Shown: piece after piece, positions 48,952-59,797 of the stretch
How positions within the stretch are numbered: the first letter of the stretch is position 1
Layout of the letters: each line of letters starts with the position of its first letter
From: Magallana gigas
Taxonomy: Eukaryota
DNA length: 64,000 nt
Reading direction: 5' to 3'
Assembly: GCF_963853765.1 (NCBI RefSeq)
Contig: NC_088855.1
Span: 58,094,001 to 58,158,000 of the forward strand
Notes under the pieces: model-generated
Seen by the model: only the letters and a program-made list of their open reading frames with translations
Told to the model about the DNA's origin: nothing
Databases searched by the model: none
Program-made: the position numbers and the translations under genes

Positions 48952-50491
48952 ATGGCGTCCTTTCTCCTTGTTTTTCTTGCCATTCTAGCCCAATATGGAG
49001 TTGTATGTGATTTCCATGGCAACAAAAGATTTATTTTCAATCCTACTCCTGCCACCCAGACCTCTCCCGACCCAGCGTTCACGGCGGTGGAGCTCCAGTA
49101 TCTCCGTGAGGAAGTTCACCGTCTGGGTGACACAAACATACACCTGTCGGTACAGAACTCCATGCTGACCTCACAGGTACAGAGTCAAACCGCTCAAATA
49201 CAAATTCTGAAGACTAATTTAACCAACTTGGAGAACTTACGAATTCACGAAAATGGTGTCTTTGTCGATAAAATAAACAAGATGGACGCTATGGTAAACG
49301 ATTCCAAAGCTTTGGTTGCTGGTTTGACAAGGAATGTTAGTAGTTGTTTGCTTAACAACAATCAACTGGAAGAAGCCTTAATCAGGACCAATAATAAAAC
49401 CAGCCTCCTCGAGAAAAAGCTGAACGATTCGCTAGTCATACAAAATATGGCTGTTCAGACGGCCGTAGAACAATGTCGTCAGAATGAATCTGCGCTGACT
49501 CAACATCTTCAGGTCAACATCTCAAGCTTACAGCTGAACTGTTCTCATCAACTCCTGCTGTTAACGGACAACGTTCATCAGCTTCAGACCGAGACAAATT
49601 CTCTCATGGCTAACTGGACGTCATGCGTCAACCTTAACTTTCAACTCCAGTCAACGATAAATGCCTCGCAAAACAGAAACCAAGTGTTGGATCAAAAGCT
49701 ACATGACCTCAGAATTGAAAGAGACAACCTCAGCTTGGCTCTGCTGCAATGCCATGGGCCGAGGCGAGGTTTGTCTTGTTTATTCTTTTCGTATAAAATT
49801 AGAATACTTGTTTACATATAATAAGCTAGAGAAGCAAAAATCAAGTTTTTTTCAATCACATCATAAATGGACCTTTGAAAATTGACATTTATAACATGAT
49901 ATGTTTTTGGTAGACTGTGGACTAGACTTGGTTTTCCTGGTGGATGAATCGGGAAGCGTGGGCCAGGATAATTTTGACATTTTGAAAGATTTCATGAACA
50001 GGATTATCCAACATCTTAACATAGGACCACGTGACAATCAGGTGGGGATAGCGACTTACGCGAGCACCGCCCAGAGGGAGTTTGACCTCGATTCCTACTC
50101 CACCAAAACGTCCCTTATTCACGCTGTACGAAACATTTCCTATAACCATTCGGGCTTGTCATTCGTGTCACGTGGTCTTAGACTGGTAGCAAATCATTTT
50201 TTCAATGGGACCCACGGGGATCGGGCCAATCACCCCAATGTTCTCATTATTCTAACAGACGGAGACCCACTGGATCCCTCTCGTGCAAAACTCGAAGCCT
50301 CATCCCTGGAAAGCCGAGGGGTCGAAATTTTTGTGGTTGGAATCTCGCGAGATGGCACCAATCGGAATTTGATTGACTTGGCCACTGATTCTAGTCACAT
50401 CTTGCCTTTCTTAGACTTTGGAGACCTTGACGGACCAGCATTTGCCCAGGAATCCATACACAAACTGATGGCGGCGTGCCAAACTGTATAG
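48952..50491 (+). CDS. Secreted coiled-coil protein with C-terminal VWA domain, ~464 aa, 2 exons
   Basis: Exons 48952-49768 and 49914-50491. Signal peptide MASFLLVFLAILAQYGVVC, long heptad-rich region with many NxS/T sites, then DCGLDLVFLVDESGSVG...VLIILTDG...GVEIFVVGI. Confidence 0.88.
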
Positions 50492-50632
50492 TGTATACTT
50501 CATTGTATTGGTATAAATTGCTGAATGCTTTTTATATATTGTTTGATCAAGTCATTTACTATTAGATTGGCATTAAAGAGTTCCCATGTATTGATTCAGG
50601 TCAACTGTGAAGTTTCTCTGCCTTTATATATA

Positions 50633-51029
50633 GAGCGAGTTCGATCACAAACTACCATGACTACGGTCGCCGTAGTTCGACTAAAATGAGATCGAACTCA
50701 CTTTAGTCCGACTAAAATGGAACCGTGGTCCAACCAACGGAGAGTCTCTGGTCTGTCGCTGGTCAGGTAATTTAAAGATGGCGGCGGAAAGCGAAACCTC
50801 CAAACTTTGCTTATTTAAATGAGCACAACATGCAATGTGTTAAATTTTAGCTCACACACATGTGATCATATTATGATTTAATGTGTTTACAAGGTATTTT
50901 CCTTCTTTTTTCATGAACAATAAAATTATTTAACAAGACATCGACCAATGTGCGTTCGAACACAGACATGCGCACCAAAAGTTTTCCTTACTACCGTGGT
51001 TGAACTCTAGTTAATGATCGAACTCGCCC
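50633..51029. mobile_element. ~400-bp TIR element
   Basis: GAGCGAGTTCGATCA / TGATCGAACTCGCCC termini, with internal GATCGAACTC and GACTAAAATG subrepeats. Confidence 0.6.
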
Positions 51030-51136
51030 ATTAAAAAGTTTGCTTTTAAATTGGTAAAAATGTTTAATATACTGTAATAATTTTGGCTGACAAAAATTGT
51101 GTAAAACTCATCAAAATATAAGGTTTCTGAAGGTAA

Positions 51137-51203
51137 TGACGTCAATCAAATTTGATTGATTGTGACGTAACACACTAGAAAGCTGTAGTTTATTGTGACG
51201 TCA
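51137..51203. promoter_or_regulatory. Cluster of three CRE/ATF sites upstream of the TSSK gene
   Basis: TGACGTCA 51137-51144, TGACGTAA 51163-51170, TGACGTCA 51196-51203. ATG at 51259. Confidence 0.55.
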
Positions 51204-51258
51204 TAGTATCACCAATATCGTAAGACCGTAATGGTGTAAACAAACAGAGCGTACAGAG

Positions 51259-52651
51259 ATGGTAAATGAAGGCGATAAAGAGGAAACGGGGTCGCAGGGA
51301 AACGACGACACTGCCTCAATAACCACCGCCAAATGCAAAGCGGGCAAACGGTTCCAGGTAAACAAGCTCACATAGTCAAGTCTGTCCATTATATTAAAAA
51401 AGATAGGGTTCTTTTAGCATCGCTGGTTATTGTTGTAAATAAAATTCCCTTTTTTAATGTAATTAATTCAAACTTGTATTCAATGTGCTAAAAGATTTTA
51501 TTTTTTGCTCAAGTTACATTTTTTATTGATTATTTTAACGTACTAATTGCATATGGTATTTTATACGTTGATATACCAAAGATATAATAGGCTTGTACAC
51601 GATCTATGATCTAAACTGTGTACATAACGCATTAGTTAGCTGCAGACTGTAGCGTAGGTTAAGGGTCTGTTTTAGAACTTGTACCTAATCCCACAGCATC
51701 GAAAAGATAATGTTGATATATTTATACCAAACAATGTCTGAAATAGCTGAGATTTCTCTTTTTTTTCTTCAGATTTTAGAAAGTCAGGGCTTCATTGTGG
51801 GGAAAACACTGGGCCAGGGTTCTTACGCGTGTGTGCGGTCGGCTTATGACGTGAATCGAAAACATAAAGTAGCCATAAAAATTATTTCAAAACGAAAGGC
51901 GCCTGACGATTTTCTACAAAAGTTTTTGCCGCGAGAGATTGAAGTGATCAAAATTCTTAAACACCCGTGCCTCGTCTCGTTTTACCAAGTCATTGAGACT
52001 ACCACTCGCTTCTTTTTGGTCATGGAATTGGGACATATAGATCTTTTGGATTATATCAGAACCAAGAAGAATATTCCGGAGCAGCAGTGCGGGACTTGGT
52101 TCCGGCAGTTCCATGAAGGGATGTCCTATATGCACTCCAAGGGCGTGGTCCACCGCGACCTCAAGTGTGAAAACGTCCTTCTGGATAAGCACTACCACCT
52201 GAAGGTCACAGACTTCGGATTTGCCAAGAGGATTCCAAAAGTCAAAAACGGCGAGTTTAAGCCAAGTGAAACTTATTGCGGTAGTTATGCGTATGCGCCG
52301 CCAGAAATCCTAAAGGGAACCCCATATGATCCGTTCTTCGCCGACGTGTGGAGTATGGGCGTGGTGCTCTTCACCATGCTGTACGGAAGACTCCCGTTCG
52401 ACGATTCCAACCACAAGAAGTTGCTGAAACAAGTTCAACAGAAGGTGGTGTTTCCCGCCAAACCCGAGGTGTCCGAGGAGTGCCGAATCCTTATCGTCAA
52501 AATGCTATCCAAAATGCCCGAACGAGTGCCTCTCTCCAACATCAAGTTCGATCCATGGTTCAAGAAATTTAGCACCGAGGAAGAGAGACCGGCTACAGCA
52601 GGAGGGGCCACGGCGGGGGAGGGGACGGGCCAAAATGTGGAGGCGTCCTAA
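51259..52651 (+). CDS. TSSK: Testis-specific serine/threonine kinase (TSSK family, TSSK4-like activation loop), 325 aa
   Basis: Exons 51259-51357 and 51773-52651. Motifs LGQGSYACV, VAIKIISK, FLPREI, HRDLKCENVLLD, DFGFAK, SETYCGSYAYAPPE, DVWSMGVVLFTM, LPFDDSN. Confidence 0.93.
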
Positions 52652-53176
52652 GGGCATGGTCTGCCTCAAAACGCTATGCACACACACAGTTTCCATATCA
52701 TGCTCATTATTTACTAAATTATTTTAAATTTTCATCGGCAAAAACTGTTTTAAAGTCTTACTTTATTGATACTCTTATTTAAAAGTCTTACTTCTACTGT
52801 TATTTTTATATGTATAAAAAAAATAACAATTGATTTAAATTGTGTTTTGTGATAGTTTATTTGACCATACAAGCGAATTGCGCCCAGGCTATAACCACTT
52901 TGTTAACAAGACACATTATAAAACAAACAAGAGCGGGTCACTCGACACCCACAGTATACAGGATTTCAAATAAATCACAAACAGACTTTTGTTGATACGT
53001 CTGTGCCTGACCTATATTATGTCAAAGTGAGACTACGTTCATTATGTATATTCAAACTACTAGTTGTAAACCTTTGAGAGTATGGGAGGAGCACAATTTA
53101 AAGACATTTTGTTTTAAAATAAGAGATGAACACCTACTCAAGATTATCAGGCATATAAAATTCTCACAAGACACCA

Positions 53177-53179
<3 letters not shown>

Positions 53180-53212
<33 letters not shown>
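53180..53212. repeat. (CT)n microsatellite
   Basis: Read directly. A second, interrupted (CT)n tract lies at ~58380-58445. Confidence 0.95.
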
Positions 53213-53216
<4 letters not shown>

Positions 53217-53937
53217 AATGGTAGAGTTTAGAGTATTTAGCACCAGTTAACTATATACAGAGCTTCTATGTACACATGAGTGTGACTGTACAGGGATGCT
53301 GGTATTTACATTATGTACAAATAATCTGATTATATAACATACATGTTAATTACACACAATGAATAATACAATGTAAAGCATTTTTAATGTTAAAACCTGT
53401 AAACTCAGAGACCGCTGTGATGAAATCTGCAAGTATAGACTGATTTTTGACACATTTTCCTGTTCAACTACAAGAAGTAATCCATTACCCAGACTTCACA
53501 GTAGCCATACATAAAGTGAAAAGTTTGTATACATAGTTATCTCCAGATTATCAGAAAAGCATATTGTTTGAAGAAATAAATATCACATGTAAAATATAGA
53601 CATACATGTATATAATAAAAAAGCAACATGAACATATCAATACGGCAGTCACAACAAAACAAAAACATTAGTGAAAATGTTAATATAATCATCACAGTTT
53701 AGTGGATTTCAAGACAAAATAAAACAATTTCAACCAATAATAGATTTGCTTTCCCCACTTTGTAGAATAACACCAGAAAACAAGGAAAAAACATTAAAGA
53801 TGAGCTCTAATACACAATGCTGATTGCGTGTTGTTTGTTGACGATTTCCATCACAAAATGAGGTCCAACTACATGTAATACATTTTATCAGTGAATCTAT
53901 ATATGACTGGATTTCTTCATTTATTTGGCAAAGGACT

Positions 53938-56900
53938 TCAATTCGCATTCACTGGGGCTGGAGGCTCAGGTATCAATGAGGTAAAAAATGTAGTCAGAAA
54001 ACTCCAGGCAAGGGTCAGACCCCTGGGGGGTGGGGGTTCCACAGCCTCAGGAGCAGTACCCTCTGTTGGGGGGTCCAAAGTCTCTGGGGAGGCACCTTCT
54101 GTTTGTGTTGTGTCATTGGCCTACAAAACCAGAAAGTTAGTCACCATGTCATCAGTAGTAAATTCCATGAAGAATTTAATGGTATTAATTGTTTTCACAG
54201 AATTTGCGTATAAATAAGGTAAATTAGTCGAAAACTAGCGCACGTTTTTCTGCGCAATAAATATACAATTTTTTCAATGGGTGGCCCTGTAGCTCTCCGG
54301 TCTGTCAATATTTTTTTTCCCAGAGAGCTACAGTTCTGCAGCTACTTGGTGACTACTCTTTACTTGGTGACTACTCTTTACTTGGTGACTACTCTTTACA
54401 TGGTGACTACTCTTTACTTGTGTGCTTTAATACATATTTTGATTTGAATCTAAGATATAATAAAATATCTAAATGTGATTTGATAGAGATAATAAAGTGC
54501 TACAATTTGTGAATCAAGAAATTTTGAACAAAAAAGTGTTGGCCATCTATACATGCATTTGAAAATAATGAAACTGGCAATATCAATTTTGATAGATACG
54601 TGTAGTTGATTCACATACAAGATCTGAAGACAATTAAACAACATACAGCAAGGCATAGAACTATTTATTTATCTAGAAGTAAATCCTAAATTTTGGATCC
54701 AATATCTGATCTAGTTTTTCAAAACTACAATTTACCACCTGTATAACTTTCTATACAATAATTTCAGAGAAGAGATTTGATGGACTACTGTAACAGTCAA
54801 TCAATTTCAAATTCAACACATGTAAATAACTCTATTCTTAATATCATTATCATCCCTTCGTCTATCAATTTTAGTTGTAACTTATCGAACACAATATTCT
54901 CATCTTTGGACAATTAAGCTGCACCAAACAAAGAGAAGAAATGTCAGTAGAAGGCACCAGTAGTTTGCATGGATTGACATGATGCAAATACAGGGAGCAG
55001 ACTTTTGGGTTTTACCTGGGCGCGCTCTGTATTTTCCTCTGTCCCAGGGTCCTGGGGCGCTGCTTCTGGCTGCTGTGGCTGTTCCTGTCCCTCGTTGACC
55101 TCATTTTCTGCCTCAGGATTCCTTCGACGAACAGCGAACCAACCGGTCTGATATCTACAGTAAACACAAGAATGTTTTAACTACACAATACATGTTTTGT
55201 CCCCTAAAAAAATAAATCAAGGGTTCTTTTTCAAAGAAAGGTCTGTTTATTCTTTAGAAATCCCCAAATAACGTTTGTGTCATGGAAAGAAATAAGTTGC
55301 ACTTTTAAATTTATGAAAACATATGTTGATATATTCTCAAGTTAAAAACTACAAATTCTACATCTACATGTGTATTTTACTTTGAAGCTTTTTACACTGG
55401 CATTTCTGACCTAAATAACAATTATTCAAGCGATACTTGTAGCATTATCAAATTATTTAAGAATGTATCAAATAAACTTACAAATAAACGAAGAAAAAGA
55501 AGGCAGCGACAGCCAGAAATCTGGTGAAGTTGGAATAGAAGTAGACAATGCTGATTAGGACCATAAAGCGACTGAAGGTGTAGACATAGTCCAGCCAGTC
55601 CCGCTGTCCAAACTCATCATCATCGTCGTCATCCATCCCACCCTGGGCATTCATCACTGGGTTAGCGTTGTCCGGCCTCGCAGCGGGGGCTTCCTGGACA
55701 TTCTCCACAGGAACCTGGTTCTCTGCCTCAGGGGCAACAGTGGCCATCAGGGGCTGGTATGTCCCTGTTTGATAGCTGTAAGTAGGTCAACAAAGTCTCA
55801 TTTAGGGAATCATTCAAGCTGATAAAAGCAAACGTTTTCTGGTACAAGACTACATGTACTAACTATTGCATGTAGTGGGTTGCCATCTGGTAGTAGTAAT
55901 TCTGCATCATCATCATGTACTGTTCATGGGTCAAGGCCATTCCTGGGTTGTTGGGCATTGTCATGACCGGAGACTGTAGAGGGGAGGTTGTGCTGCTGGG
56001 GCTGGTAACAAAGCTGGAACATAAATGCTCAGAATTACTCACACAAAAATATATCTGGAGTTGAAATTTTTATTTGGATTATAATGCATGCAAAACCTTT
56101 TACTAAAAGACAATAAGCTTATTCAAAAAGTGTTTCTCTAGTACACAATTAATTTCCAAAATCCATATACAAAGCATAATACAACCAAGAGTACAACTGT
56201 GGTAACTAAATGTTTATTTAGAGATTCCTAATACTATGTTTTGTCAAACTATGATAAATGATGATTGTATCATCATGATTTATTGATTTAAAAAATCCAT
56301 CTACTGACTCAAAGATTCTGAGTACCATACTGGCAGGGAATCTGTTTACTAAATAAATTTCAGAAAGATTTTGAAATTATGTTTTTTTCTTTTAAATTGC
56401 ACTTCTTTTTGCCCTTTTTAAAAAAAATTCTAGTGCTTATGCAAGAAAATCTTATCATGAAGGTTTATAACTAAAAGCGTTGACTTCAGAAAGTAATGAT
56501 AAGAAAAAAGTGATGGGGAATCAGAAATCTTGCCTTGAAGGCTTGGATCAGCTGTAAGTGAGTGTAAGTTACAGAGTCTTAGCTTACCTGGCCATAGTGA
56601 CAGGTAGGCTGCTGGGACTATGAGGAATGCGATGGCGGAGTCCCTCTGTACTGTGTGCGCTGTGCGTGGCTTGTGTGCTGGTTGTGCTGTGCGTGCTGCT
56701 GTTTGTTGAGCATGAAGAGGATGTGTTGCTAGCTGCTGCTGCTCTTTCCTTAAGAATAATTCAGAAAAGATTATAAATACAAATATTTCTCTTCATCAAG
56801 TTAACAAAATCAACACCAATTTCTGACTGTAACTTACTTTAGCCTTTTGAGATTCATTATAAGAATGGTCAACACATGGAGAACACACTAAGTGGACTGT

Positions 56901-57847
56901 ATGATGAACTTTTTCTTCATTCTAGTAAAGAAAAAAGAAGTATATATAAAGGTAAAGATAAAAACACATTAATAATAAATTGTTAATGGTTAAAGATAAA
57001 AGACAATATATCCGCACCTGAATAATAATTTCTTTTAATGTCATTTCATCAGCTAATAGTTTTCCAGAATATATAAGTCTTTGTTGTGTTTCTTTCTGGA
57101 AAGAAAAGGAAATATAGGTCAGTTGCTAGTGATATAAATGTTTCAATAGCTTGAAAAGAGTGATAAGTAATTTCATTGATCAGAATGTGGCTCTTTGTTG
57201 TATGAAAATGAACAATAGAAATGATTTTAAATGATAGGTCATTAGGTGATACTCCGTATAGTATGTATAAGCTTAATACTGCCACAATTCTAATTTCACT
57301 AGCGAATTGTTTTTAACCCTATGCTTATTTAGTACAGTTTTGGTTCTTATATTTACTGAAGGGTTTTAGCTGAAGCCTAGGGCATTAGCTAAGGTCATTC
57401 CCACCCCCATCCCCAGCTTTATTATAGATCACACTGATATACATGTACTTTCGCAAAGTTTCAGTAGGTAGATAACTAATTGATGTACATAAAACAATTG
57501 ACGTTACATCATCTTTCATCAAACTTTGTCATTTTACCCTGCAAAAGAGCAGTACCGCAGTTACCATGAAGGGATTTATATCTAAATCTTGTCTATATGA
57601 TGACATTAATAACACCACAGAATACAAAAATAGGGTATAAACAGTATTTCAAGGAACGTCTGAATCATTTTGAAGCCCATGATCACTGAAGATACCTTTG
57701 GGTACTTACTGGGTTACTGGGGTACACATCCTCTAGGTGCTTCTTTAATTTCTTCACAGTCCAGCCTAACATGCATTCGACCGTGTGATCTTCTATTCTT
57801 TGATTTGGAGCTCGAATTACCAGCGTTACAGAAGCATTTATATCCAT
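53938..57847 (-). CDS. HERPUD: Homocysteine-responsive ER-resident ubiquitin-like domain protein (HERP), ~408 aa, 8 coding exons
   Basis: Exons 57710-57847, 57018-57095, 56838-56921, 56588-56748, 55864-56013, 55482-55775, 55016-55154 and 53938-54120 (1227 nt). Motifs: Ubl VTLVIRAPNQ...QRLIYSGKLL...HTVHLVC, EGLRHR, RDWLDYVY...YFYSNFTRF, YQTGWF, FFTSLIPE. Confidence 0.93.
54345..54420. repeat. 18-bp tandem repeat x4
   Basis: CTTGGTGACTACTCTTTA unit. Confidence 0.9.
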
Positions 57848-58092
57848 TTTCCTTAAATTATAACGTAATTTTACATGTAAACAATGTAACCCTGAAATCA
57901 ATATCAGTAAATAGTGCTTTGTCAACAAGAGAGTGGTCCTGTTAATGCCATAGGTGAGAAAAAAATGAATTAACCAAATTCTAATGACAAAATCATAACT
58001 CGTCATACTTTACCTGTTTCGTTATCTAAAGATTAAAGTTCTCGTTATGCGCGTTACGATAAATTTAGCTGAGAAATGTCGAGTTGAGGTTA

Positions 58093-58130
58093 TGACGTCA
58101 CCAAAAACAAAGTTGGCGTTTTCTGATTGG
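58093..58130 (-). promoter_or_regulatory. ERSE-like element plus CRE in the HERPUD promoter
   Basis: Minus strand CCAAT-CAGAAAACG-CCAAC (58112-58130; CCAAT-N9-CCAC/AAC spacing) next to TGACGTCA (58093-58100), just upstream of a likely non-coding exon whose donor is at ~58012. Confidence 0.5.
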
Positions 58131-58387
58131 CTAACGCACGAATACCCAGAGATCATGCAGATAGTGCACTTGTTTATTCACAGTGTTTCGTATGCTCCCA
58201 AAATAAGTGTCGGGCTTTCAATTTTTTATTACTTACGATATTGCTTTGCTTATGTCTACAAACCATGAAAACTTGAAAGTTCATGCATGACAATCGAAAG
58301 CGGTTGACATGGCATTTCGTACCCAATATAATTAGCCCCACGGGTTAACATCCCGAAATACCTCTAATCGGAGTGAATTCTCTCTCT

Positions 58388-58430
<43 letters not shown>

Positions 58431-59797
58431 CTCTCTCTCTCTCTCGCGAAAGTTGTTTTTGTCTATGATAAGCCCCACAGGCCTTGACGGTCACCTGAAT
58501 ACCATTGACCAACAGCACTATGTGACTCAAGCAAGTAAAAATAATGTTCTCTAAATGATCATACATTTTTGTCAACCCTCCCTCCCCAAAAAAAACCTTA
58601 AACCCCGGACCTGCCCCATGGGCAGTGATTTCACAATTAAAGAAGATGATATTATGGACATACATGTAATCACAATGATTTAGTATAAGTAACTCTGAAG
58701 ACTATGAATGTATATACAGATGATCATATTATAAAAAAAAAAATTATACATTTTCACTATGTGGCCATATTGGCTATACGCATTTCTAAAGACCTAAACC
58801 TCTGACCCAGAGGTCATCATGAGGTTCACAATTTAGGTTGAAAGCTTCATTAACACCATTATAAAGCATTTAGTCCCCCCCCCCCTCTACATTGTACAGA
58901 AGATTTTCAGTAAGATTTATAGAAGTAATATGGCCATATTGGTCCCGCCCTTTACAGTGTAGCGATCTATTATTAGGAGCAGATCAAAGATCTAATTTTA
59001 ATTAATTTGATGAATTTCACAATTTTGGTAGAGGGTTTCATGGACATCATATAACCATGCATTTATTTATTTTTCCAAATAAAGATTTTTTTGACTTTGT
59101 GGCCTTTTTGACCATGTTCATGGGGCCCATTTCTTTCTTTCTTTCTTTCCTCCAAATGGAGATTATCATAACATATTTACAAGAACATAAATATATAGAC
59201 AATTATAGGGAGAAAGAGATAATGTAGGTCAATACTGGGTTGCAATGATCCAGTACATACAATACGTAATTACCAACAAGTTTACAGGCGTACACACACT
59301 GTCTAGATAGATATATAATCGGTATATGTGACAACTGTCTAGAAAAATATTTTTGTTACAAATATAATTTAATAATCCATTTTTTAAAAGTGACTTGACA
59401 TGATTTAAGCAAAAATGTTTAAAATTTTATTTCCCCATCTAAGAATAATTAAATAAGACTATTAAGTCGGCAAATATAGAAAGAAGACTAAACAATGTTG
59501 TACCTTGTTTGTATTCTTATTTCATTTAGATTTTAAATAGTGTATGTAGTCCTTTTTATGCATTAAAATGGCATTTAAAACTATAAAACATATTGTCTCT
59601 TGGAGAAAAACGTTCCCTAGGAAGTGAGTACGTTTTCTCCCGGGTACATTTTCTCCTGGTACCGAATTTTTGACATCGGGTTCGAAATTCTTTGATTAAG
59701 GCCATTCGGATCTCTATTGAAGTATAAAGACCCGAGGAGTTCCGGCACATATTATGTAAACATAAATTTTTCACGTTGTCGTTGATAACATTTGGGT

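Noticed and set aside
31301-59666. Inverted AGGAGAAAACGTACC-type element ends at 31301-31425 and 59599-59666 as one 28-kb gene-carrying transposon
   Set aside because: No shared TSD seen, and the interval holds ordinary conserved genes. Two independent fragments of a common repeat is simpler.
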